From Octopus vulgaris (lineage: Eukaryota): DNA of 64,000 nucleotides. The notes under the pieces are model-generated. The model was not told the DNA's origin and did no database searches. It saw only the letters and a program-made list of their open reading frames with translations. Position 1 is the first letter of the stretch. Each line of letters starts with the position of its first letter. A program made the translations under genes and the position numbers. The stretch lies in contig OX597829.1 of the NCBI GenBank assembly GCA_951406725.2, positions 30,318,001 to 30,382,000 on the forward strand. The letters run 5' to 3'. Below, piece by piece: positions 27,566 through 38,681 of this stretch.

Positions 27566-28334
27566 GTAAGTGAAAGTTCTTCAAAGATTGTCTTTCCTCT
27601 TTTTTTTCCCTTTTTAAGTATTGAATACTTAATGTTTTGATATTCTCCCTACATATATAATGTGTATTTTTCTGGGTATCCTTAAGACCATTCATTCTGT
27701 GCTTTTAGAGACTTATGGAATATTAAAAAAAAAAAGTCTCTGTCTTGGAAAAGGCATAAGGGCAACAGGACCAGCATCAAGCTGTAAAATGTTGCCTCAG
27801 ATAAGTCCTGACTAAGCGTGGAAAATTGCGTGTGTGTGTGCATGTGCATACACATAACAGCCTTCCATACAGATTCCATTTGCCAGTTTCGCTCCCAAGG
27901 TATTGACAACTTTAGGTTATAGACATTGGTTCAAGGCACTGCACATTGGGATGGAATCCCATACTGCATGGTTCTGAAATGAACTTCTCAACCTCAGTTA
28001 TGCCTGCATCTTTGTGTGTATATGCATGTGTGCATGCACACATATACACACATGCACACAGTAGAATTAGAAATAGTCCTTAGCTCAGTATTATATATTT
28101 TTGTTCACTTTCTGTCCCAGACTAAGCGAGACAACTTGTCTCAGATGACTGAGAAAAGTAGATACCAATATTTTGTCATTATTGTGGGATACAGTGTCAT
28201 GTAGGAAGCTTTCTCTGTATGCTCTTCCATGCATATAAGCAAAACACATTCACTATGTATGTGTGTGTGATTTTTAATCTTTACATTACTAGAGATGCTT
28301 TTAATTCCTAATTTAATTTTGTATCAGGTGTGCT

Positions 28335-28365
<31 letters not shown>

Positions 28366-28691
28366 TGATGTTGCAGCACATCAGCGAATAGACTTCACTC
28401 TATATGTATATAAGTCCTAGACTGGCAATTAATTTTGTTTTGAGGTGATCCAAGTGCATAATATTGAAAAGCCACAGTGACAGTGAAATATTGGTATTTA
28501 CCATTCTCAGTCATCTGTGGCGAGCTCTGTCATCTAGTCTGGGACACTTAGTGATCTTTAACACTCAGTATCATGTAGGGAGCATTCCTTAGATGCTATC
28601 CCTCAGCAAATGAGCATATAAACAAAACATGTACACTTTGGATGTGTGGCCAATGTTGTTGATATTACTAGAGCTACTTTCAATTTGTAGT

Positions 28692-28724
<33 letters not shown>

Positions 28725-28729
<5 letters not shown>

Positions 28730-29030
28730 GCACTCCATCAGTTACAACGAGGGTCCCAGCTGATATGATCAACGGAACAGCTTGCTTGTGAGATGAACGG
28801 GCAAGTAGCTGAGCACTCCACAGATATGTGTACCCCTAATGTAGTTCTCAGGGAGATTCAGCGTGACACAGTGTAACAAGGCTGGACCTTTCAAATACAG
28901 GTACTATTCACTTTTTTGCCAGCTGAGTGGACTAGAGTACTGTGAAATAAAGTATCTTGCTCAGGGACACAATGTGCCGCCGGGAATCAAACTGGCAAGC
29001 CGAATGCCCTAACCACTAAGCCATGTGCCT
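28725..29030 (-). mobile_element. tRNA-derived SINE (second family)
   Basis: Minus-strand head ggcacatggcttagtggttagggcattcggc...gtttgattcccgg, then tgtgtccctgagcaagatacttt; related to 31515. Confidence 0.75.
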
Positions 29031-29199
29031 TCACTCTCTCTCTCGCTCTCTCTCTCTATATATATATATAAAACCAAAGTCTTAGTAAATAAGAAGGTAG
29101 ACAAATGAGATGCCTGCAAGTAGATGGCCCTACTCAATCTGTAGAAAAGGCGTAGAAACTCCATAAGATGTATCCGATGTAAGTTAGGGACACATAAGA

Positions 29200-30099
29200 G
29201 GTGCAACAATATCAGAGAAAGGTTAACAGGGAAACTAGCTTTCCCATGTGCAGAAAATAGACTCCATCAATTGCCAGTGAGGTAAGCTAGAGGTAGTAGA
29301 TAGCTTCTGTTATCTAGGTGACCAAGTTATTAGTGGAGGGGATGCTCCAAGAGCATAGCTGTGAGAATAAAATTAGGCTGGGCAAACTTCAGAGAGCTCC
29401 TACCTCTGCTGGCAACTAAGGGCCTCTCCCTCAGAGTGAAAGGTGGAGTGTATGATGCCTGTGTGCAAACAGCCATGCTACATGTCAGTGAAACATGGGC
29501 TGTGACTGCATAGGACATGGGTAAGATTGAAAGAAATGAAGAGTGTGAAGGGAACCTGTGGTAGAGGTAGACCCAGTAAGACATGGGATGAAGTGGTGAA
29601 GCATGATCTTTGAACTTTGAGCCTCGCAGAGGCAATGACTAGTGACCGAGACATTTGGCAATATGCTGTGCTTAAGAAGACCCATCAGGCCAAGTGAAAT
29701 CATAGTCATGGCCGATGTTGGTGTCACATAACTGGCACCCATGCCGGTGGTACGTAAAAAGCACACTTTGAACATTGGGCCTCTCGGAAGCAAAGTGGCT
29801 GAGTTCCTCTCAAGTGTTGGGCCTCACAGAGGCAATGACTGAGTCCTTTGACATTACATCATGCTTGAGAAGACCCATCAAGCTGAGCAAAATCACAGTC
29901 ATGGCAGATACTGGTGTCATGCAAATGGCACCCATGCTGGTGGCATGTAAAAGCACCCATTACACTCTTGGAGTGGTTGGTGTTAGGAAAACTATGCCAA
30001 ATCAGACTGGACTCTGGTGCAGCCTTCCAGTTCCCCAGCGCTAGTCAAACTCTCCAACCCATGCCAGCATGGACAACAACTGTTAAATGATGATGATGA

Positions 30100-30100
<1 letters not shown>
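29200..30100 (+). mobile_element. RTE LINE 3' fragment followed by its SINE-shared tail
   Basis: LEVVDSFCYLGDQ...RIKLGWANFRELLPLL...SLRVKG; duplicated gaagacccatca blocks; (gat)n tail. Confidence 0.7.
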
Positions 30101-30138
<38 letters not shown>

Positions 30139-31514
30139 TTTTTCTGCTATAAATTGCATATCAGTATATTTCAGTGCAGGTCAGGTGTTTATTGAACCAA
30201 TCATGTATAAGCTAGTTATTTAATAATTTCATAAATATCCCATAATGATATGTATTTTTGCATTTGCAGACCAACAACTCAAAGTATTTGTTTTTTAGAT
30301 ATTGATTATATATATTAACCAAGTAAATAAATAAAATAATAGCAGTGCTATTAGTATATTTGCTCGAGCATTTAAGCATTCAGATATCGTTTATGTATGA
30401 CATGAAAGTTGCTTGTTATACATTGAAGTTAGTTGTAAAATACTAGGCATGTATATGTAAGTGTGTATATGCACATACAGTGAAAGCCTTTAAAAATAAT
30501 AGAAAAAACAATATACACACATTTCGTATTTTTCTTTTCTTTTTTCTTAATCTGCAACTCTAGGACTTATGAACAAAAGGCTTGTATATTTGCCTATTTC
30601 CTTGGTTTCAGTTTTGTTTCTCATTTCATTTGTTAGAGCTGGTTTCTGCAGTTTGCTGGATTTCTTAGTTTTATCCATTTATTATTTAATTTCAGATGTT
30701 TCTTTGTAGATTGTTTTGTTGTTGTTTTGTTGAATTTTTATTTGTATTTATTATCTAGTTCTTTTGATCTTTTGTTGCTGATGAAAAAAAAGTGTCCTTA
30801 TCATTTGTCTTTGTCATGAGAAATACTAATTATTTAAAAATAAGTTACGTTACTGAAGACATTCACAATAAACCATTTTTTAATATCTTTGTTTACACCA
30901 CTTTAAAAAAAAAAAAAAGCTATTGAAATTTTTTTCCCCTCTTCTATCATGAGTTTATCATAGGTTTTCCAATTTTAGTGACACCAGTTTCCTCAATTAT
31001 TGGTGGTTACAATTTACTGGTGATTACAGCATGCTTGTGGTATCTGCAGTGCTCTATTACTTTCACTGATTCCAATAGCAGCAGGATGAGAAAATTAGGA
31101 TACTGATTAATTTTTGTTGTAGTATCTGTCAAAAATAATGGGATTTATTTCGGCCCACTTTTAGAAATTCATGTTTTTGCTTCAAACTTTTTCTTTGTTC
31201 AGCCTTGACATCTTTATCCTCTGTACCTCCATTCACTCCCCATTATTATTTTCATTGATTCACACATATAGTCCATATTGTTTTGTTTTGTTTTTCTCTC
31301 TCTTGCCTCACATTACCAATTTCTTCCTCTTTATTGTTGTGCTGTACATCTCTTCTCCTTTTGTCACATTTAACACTCTCTTCTCTCACTCCATCATCCC
31401 ACTTTATATTTTACTCTTTTCACTTGACATCCTTTCTCACAATCTGTTGACTGACTTGCACTCTGACAATCTCCCACCTACCTTATTTATCTAGCTATCA
31501 CTCTTTAGAGTGAA

Positions 31515-31843
31515 GGCGCTAGGCTCAGTGGTTAGAGTGTCGAGCTTACGATTGTGAGGTTGTGAGTTTGAATCCTGTACTGGGCTGCGTGTTGTGTTCT
31601 TGAGCAAGACACTTTATTTCACATTGCTCCAGTTCACTCAGCTGTAGAAATGAGTTGCGACGTCACAGGTGCCAAGCTGTATCGGCCTTTGCCTTTCCCT
31701 TGGATAACAATGGTGGCATAGAGAGGGGAGGCCAGTATGCATGGGCAACTGCTGGTCTTCCATAAACAACCTTGCCTGGACTTGTGCTGGAGAGTAACTT
31801 TCTAGGTGCAATCCCATGGTCAGTCATGACCGAAGGGGGTCTC
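31515..31843 (+). mobile_element. tRNA-derived SINE with target-site duplication
   Basis: ggctcagtggttagagtg...gagtttgaatcc head; flanked by cactcttta / cactctttta direct repeats. Confidence 0.8.
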
Positions 31844-34351
31844 AGCACTCTTTATAATGCTTTCTTTCCCAATTTTTCTACTGTTGTTTTCTTTGATATT
31901 TCTGTTGAAAAACTTTGCCTTCATTTCAATTCATTTTGGAAATAATGAATTTGGTACACTTTGTTATCATTAAGCTGATATTTGGAACATAAATGTTCAT
32001 GAAATTATGTTAGCAGGTTTCAGTTTAGATCACTATAGATTGGAACTTTTATAGTAGATACCAGTTTCAAATAGGTTGGCATCAAAAGAATTAAGATTAT
32101 TTTCTAGGATTGTCACATCTATAAAAGTAATATTATCTTAGTTGACTGTGTCAGAGCAGATGCATTCAACTCCGCAAATCAGAGTTTGAGAAAAAAAAAA
32201 ACCTACCATGTATGACTAGTGATGGGTGAATACCTGGGTATGTCAGCTTCATGTAAACCTAACTGTAATATGGGTGCTAACATAGCTGGCATAGTGAGCA
32301 AAAAAAGAACCCATTTATTTTAATGAGTAATTCTGGAATTTAAATTGATTAAAAATAAAATGTAATGGAGAGTAAGTATTTGTTATGAAGAAACTCTGGT
32401 CAAGTTTTGGTTTTACAAGACACTCACAAAGAAGCATGCATGCATGTGTGTACATATATATATATATATATATATACATATATACATACACTTCTTTCAG
32501 TTCTGTCTACTCACAAACCTTTGGTTGGCCTGAGGCTTTAGTAGATGACACTTGCCCAAGGTACCACACAGAGGGAATGAATCTGGAACCATGTAGTTGG
32601 GAAGCAAGCTTCTTACCACACAGCCACTTCATTATTGTACAGACAGATGAAGTGTGTATTTTGCATTTTTATTTCTTAAAAACATTGGAGAGAAAATTAT
32701 TGCTTAATGTTGTAGAGTAGCATCTTAAGTAAATGAATTTTGCATCAAAATATGATTTCAAATACTTCTCTAGCATCATTCCTATGCATGTATTGCAGGG
32801 GTGTCACAAGACTTTCATCTGCACTCAGTTTCCTTAGTGATCAGTCTGTGTTATTTTTTCAAAGGCTTTCTCCAGGTTAATGAATTTTAAGTTGGCTTGC
32901 TGATTAGTAATAACATCTCCTGTAATTATTTCATTAATATAGCACTGGTAGTTCTTTACCTTGGCACAAATCCAAACTGCATCTCATCCAAGTTAATTCT
33001 CTTCCTGACTAGCTGCTCTACACACCTGTCTACAGTCTCATAGCTTTGTTTAGTGAATTGATGTCTCTGCACTTGCCCCTTTCTAGAACATCTCTTTTGT
33101 CCAACATCTCAACTGCTGTCTATAATTTGTATTTTTTTCTCATTGTATATTTTAATTTGGTTCGCTCTACATGAGTAAATCTACAGTATAAAGGTAAATG
33201 ATTATTAACTGATTAAGACAAATGTATACAATCCTGTTTTATCTTTGAAGTAAAGTTGGTTAGGTCATCATTGTATGCCCTCTCTATCTGTATTTATATA
33301 CTGTATTATGGTTTAGCAGTTGTAGTTAGTTATAAGCAATTTGAAAATATAGCTTTATTTTCTACTTTGAGCAGGTTTAGAAATTACGTGCTTTTCATTA
33401 AGTTTTTGCATTTTGCTTTTCTATTATTCTCTGATTTCTATTCAATGAGATTTTTTCAGTAAAATACCAAGTGGATATAAATTTAAATTATAAGAATTAT
33501 AAGAATGATTCCACATTGCTGAAGAAAGTATGTGTTGATTACAGCTTTATAAACTAAATTAATGCTTTATAAACTATAATAATAAGCTAAAGCATTCAAA
33601 ATAAGATTGTTTCAGTAAACACAAAAGACAGAATATCATCAATAAATATGGTGTGATATTGGAAACAGTAACTTTCATTGTTTAAATGCATGTTTAGTAG
33701 CAATGATTAAAGTATAATTGTGTACAAGTGTATTTAGCATGCTTGTGTACATTCAAATGTGGAAAAAACTTTACTGAGATAATTGTCTTGGAGAAGGAAT
33801 TCTTTATAGATAGCATATACAAACACACCAAGCTGGCCTTTGAATGGTGTTATTAAGGACTTTAGTTTCTCTGTCATTATGCTTCATCAACTTCAGACAC
33901 TGAATCTGTTATTCATAGCTCACTAAGAATGACTTTTCCTTTATATTATATGTAAAGAGCAAATAATAAATTTGCTGGTGCGTGCAAAACTTTGTTAAGC
34001 TGGAATATATTAAAGGTACAATAATCAGTGATGACTAAAATAATGGCAAGATTCAGCGTCAGTGTCTGATGAAGCACAAGGACTGCATAAACTCATATTT
34101 GACAGTCCTATGATGTCAGTTGTAACCCAGTTTGGTGTGTTTTCATATACATGGTCTGTAAGGAGAATTTGAGACAGTTTCTGTTGGGAAGATTTTTCTA
34201 CATTTGAGTGTACATGAATGTGTTAAATATAAATGACTTTTAATTAATTCAAGTGAGACAAAGCTTTTTTTAGGCCAGCAAAATTTTTATTTGCAGTTTA
34301 CAAAAAGAACAGTAGTTCTTAGTGGGCTATAAATGACTGAATCAGTGTCCA

Positions 34352-34388
34352 TAGCTGATGAAGCATAATGACACTGAAACATGTCCTA
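34352..34388 (+). ncRNA. Candidate minimal type I hammerhead ribozyme
   Basis: UAG-CUGAUGA-AG(loop)CU-GAAAC-AU-GUC-CUA: intact core, GUC cleavage triplet, palindromic ACAUGU stem III, but only 3-bp stem I and 2-bp stem II. Confidence 0.5.
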
Positions 34389-34517
34389 AAATCCAATGAC
34401 ATCATTCATAGCCCAGTTTCATTTGTTTTTGCACATATTATTGTTGTTATTCTGTGTTTCCAAACACTTCTTAATAGCTTTAAAGTTTGCTTCTTTCATC
34501 GTTTTGGTAACTTGGAG

Positions 34518-34570
<53 letters not shown>

Positions 34571-34611
34571 ACACACACACACATATTTATACACATACAT
34601 ATACATATATA

Positions 34612-35380
34612 CGTGGTCTGATCAGTAAGTAGCTGGATTGTTGCCATAGTAACAAAGCTAAAGTTTTAATGATCTAGTTCACTTCCACTGTTTATAGCAG
34701 TGCTTGGAAGAAAGGTGTGTAACGTGTGATCATCGCATTGATCATGACAGAGAATCTGCACCAAATTTTATCAAAAACTTGCTGATACTTGCTCAGAGGC
34801 TTATGCAAAGTTTTCAAAAAGTTTTCACCATTCTAGATCAGCTGAAAGCAGTTTTGGCGCAAATTTGGAAGTCATGTGTCTCATACCCAAATCTTCAGTG
34901 ATAATGAACTGAACCGTAACTAATCTGCACATACTCTGATAACTCTTGGATGGGGATTTAACGATTTCCCCTCAGAGCTGCATGGATATCTGTGATGTTT
35001 TTCTCTGTCCTACTGGTTATGGGTCTCCCAGAATGTTAGTCAATATCAACATTTTTTTTTGGCCATCCTGGAAACGTCTGAACCACTCATACACCTGTGT
35101 GTGACTCATGCTCCACTCTCTATACACTATCTGCAACTTTGCATAGGCCCCTGAGCAGGTATTGCAGTAACAGATTCCTCTGTCATGGTCAGTGCAACGA
35201 TCACACACTACGCACCTTCCTTCCAAGCACTGCTGTAAACAGTAGAAATGAGTAGAATGTTAAAACTTAGTGCACATGCACAACAGAGTTCAAGGTCAAT
35301 CTTTGCCAAGCAGCTTCACTCTGCATGCTTTAGCTTCGTCACTATGGCAACAGTCTGGATACTTATTGATCAGACCTTAT
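34612..35380. mobile_element. Non-autonomous mariner derivative with long inverted ends
   Basis: ggtctgatcagtaagta / tacttattgatcagacc termini in a TA context; minus-strand MSHTQVYEWFRRFQDG is a mariner HTH fragment. Confidence 0.8.
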
Positions 35381-35579
35381 GTGTGTGTGTGTGTATATAT
35401 ATATACTCCAATAAAGTTAGAGGTTGTGAATCCAACCAACTAAGGGATAATATCTATCTAATATACTGCTGGTACAATACCCAATTATTAATACACAAGT
35501 GTTTATTTTTATTGCATTGCAATTACATTACCTAGCGTACTCGATGGGTGGAGGGTAAGAGATATTTTACCATTAATTT

Positions 35580-36520
35580 ATAGAGCAATAAGAAAATGGA
35601 GGGGATCAATAGGTGGTTCATCAACTTTTAGACATTATATTATGTCAACTTATTTATTTACTAAACTGACAATTACAAGAATATACATACATGTATAACA
35701 TATTATGCTTTACATATAAGATATAAAATATATTAATATATAAAGATATTAATATATAAAGATACCAGTAATTATTACAATATAACATACATGAATATTC
35801 CCAATTTATATTCATGTATGTTATATTGTAATAATTACTGGTATCTTTATATATTTGTATATTAATCATCATCATCATCGTCATCATCATTAATATCTTT
35901 ATATATTAATATATTTTATATCTTATATGTAAAGTATAATATGTTATACATGGAGATATGCTGTGACTGCGAAGACCTGACAAATAACATGAGTTCATGG
36001 CTGTTTCCTGCACCAGCTCCGCATATCAAAGTACCTTGGACTGCAGGACGGCCTGCTCTGCTTACCTTGGATCGCAGGATGGCCTGCTGTGCTTGAGGAG
36101 ACCTATTGAGTCAAGTACATCAACATCAAATAAAAATCAAATGGAAATTGTAGTTGTGATACCTGTGCTGGTGGCACATAAAAAACACCATCCGAACGTG
36201 GCCAGTGCCGGCACTGCTTTGACTGGCTTCCGTGCCGGTGGCACGTAAATAGCACCCACTACACTCATGGAGTGGTTGGCATTAAGAAGGGTATCCAGCT
36301 CTAGAAACACTGCCAGATCAGGCTGGTGCCTGGTGCAGCCTTTTGGCTTCCCAGACTCTGGTTGAACCGTCCAACCCATGCTAGCATGGAAAATGGACGC
36401 TAAACGATGATGATGTATATTCTTATAATTTTCAGTTTAGTAAATAAATAAATAAGTTGACATAATATGTCTAAAAGTTGATGAACCACCTGTTAATCCC
36501 CTCCGTTTTCTTATTGCTTG
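35580..36520. repeat. Fold-back element with a SINE (~35955-36415) inserted in the right arm
   Basis: gcaataagaaaatggagggg...ggtggttcatcaacttttagacatt is mirrored at 36465-36518; inner hairpin centred near 35800. Confidence 0.85.
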
Positions 36521-36807
36521 CTCTCACTCTGTGTATGTATGTATATATATATATATATATATACACTTTTATTTACTAATTTTCATTCTTGGTATTTGTT
36601 ATTCTTTATGCTAATGAAATAATCGTTTACCCTTGATTCATTAAATTAACAGTTTTATTTTATTCTTTATGGACTAAATATTTTGTTTTTTCTTTATTAA
36701 CTAGTTGTAAATTATTGCTTCTCTTGTTCAAGACACAACTGAAATACTGTCCTACCTGGTGCTCTAATTCTGTCTTTATTTCTGTTTATTAACAGTTTTA
36801 TAATATC

Positions 36808-36809
<2 letters not shown>

Positions 36810-36890
<81 letters not shown>

Positions 36891-36891
36891 A

Positions 36892-36968
<77 letters not shown>

Positions 36969-37075
36969 ATATAATAAATATATAATATAATATAATATAT
37001 ATAATAATAATATATATATAATATATATAAATAATATATAATATAATATATATAATATATATATATATACATATA

Positions 37076-37150
<75 letters not shown>

Positions 37151-37175
37151 CATATACATATATATATATATATAC

Positions 37176-37225
<50 letters not shown>
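36810..37225. repeat. Long (TA)n microsatellite; others at 5755, 40875, 49960, 55860 etc.
   Basis: Seen directly in the sequence. Confidence 0.98.
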
Positions 37226-37226
<1 letters not shown>

Positions 37227-37245
37227 ATACTAAGCAGGGTTTACA

Positions 37246-37631
37246 GAATTGCCTCACCACACACCGAATTTAGAAATAGCAGTCAAAGATTTATAGCTAT
37301 TCTTTCTACTAAAAGGGAGATCTCAGTAAAAACACAGCACTTGAAAGGCAAACACAGACAGGTAAGAGAATGAAATGACGGCAATCTATCATACAATTTT
37401 AAGTCACCTACGGACGGACGTTTCGAAATCAAGTTTTAAAACTTGATTTCGAAACGTCCGTCCGTAGGTGACTTAAAATTGTATGATAGATTGCCGTCAT
37501 TTCATTCTCTCTTACCTGTCTGTGTTTGCCTTTCAAGTGCTGTGTTTTTACTGAGATCTCCCTTTTAGTAGAAAGAATAGCTATAAATCTTTGACTGCTA
37601 TTTCTAAATTCGGTGTGTGGTGAGGCAATTC
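37246..37631. repeat. Near-perfect spacerless palindrome (arms 192 and 194 bp)
   Basis: Centre aagtttt|aaaactt at 37437/37438; by eye the arms differ only by a 2-nt indel. Confidence 0.95.
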
Positions 37632-37907
37632 GTTGCTAAACCCTTAATTGCTTAGTATTACTTAAATTTTCCTCGAATGAGCTTTTACATGCTGAAATCT
37701 ACTTGGTGTAATTAATAATTATTCCAAATTAATTCATTTCACCCTTTATTGTTACTGATTATATATATATATAAAATGTATAAGTGATATTATAAAACTG
37801 TTAATAAACAAAAATAAAGACAGAATTAGAGCACCAGTATATAACCCTTTGTTATATATATATGTATATATATATAACAAGGGGTTTGTATGATTGTGTA
37901 TAGAGGG

Positions 37908-38288
37908 ATATATATTATTCAAAGGAATTCCAACTCTGTCTGTTTTTTATGTTTTATTTATATTCTTTATAATATTAATGTAGAATATAGAATAGATAGT
38001 ATATATAGTAAAATGAAATGAAGTATTGATTGTCTTATTGAATAGATGAAATACTGAATATCCACTCCTGTCACAACCTGGGACACCTTGAAGACTGCTT
38101 TAATGCAAGAAAATATACTAGTCCCTTAATATCTGATATTCAGTATTTCATCTATTCAATAAGATAATCAATACTTCATTTCATTTTACTATATATACCA
38201 TTTATACTATATATTCTACATTAATATTATAAAGAATATAAATAAAACATAAAAAACAGACAGTTGGAATTCATTTGAATAATATATA
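37908..38288. repeat. Fold-back element, ~155 bp arms around a 72-nt loop
   Basis: Arms 37908-38062 and 38135-38288 are reverse complements; the loop contains a hammerhead-like motif. Confidence 0.9.
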
Positions 38289-38623
38289 TATATTTAAACC
38301 TAATATAAATGATGAAGTTATCTTGTGAAGAAATTTTGACAAGTTATTGTTTGAATTATGGATTGTAAAATATAAAACATATTGGCTGTTTGCATTTTTA
38401 CTGAGACTGTATGTCTCAGAAAGTTTTAAATCAATCGACAATTTTGTGACTGGAAATTTTTGGAGAAACACAAATTTAAATACACACACACACAATGGGC
38501 TCCTTTCAGTTTCTGCTTACCAAATCCAATCACAAGACTTTGGTCGACACCATACTATAGTAGAAGGTATTTGGCCAAAGTACTGTGGGACAACCCCAAA
38601 CTATGAGGTTGTGAAGCGGACAC

Positions 38624-38656
<33 letters not shown>

Positions 38657-38681
38657 CGAGTTCTTCAACTAAACCCTTTAA

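Noticed and set aside
31515-31590. tRNA gene (also other A/B-box heads)
   Set aside because: There is no intact cloverleaf, and the sequence continues into a SINE body with a TSD.
36712-37260. ORFs rich in YI/CV/HT (also 40766-41189, 49832-50419, 55723-56098)
   Set aside because: They are translations of (TA)n and (TG)n microsatellites.
37670-37715. Hammerhead-like cgaatgagc...gctgaaa
   Set aside because: The core deviates, and stems I and III cannot be formed convincingly.
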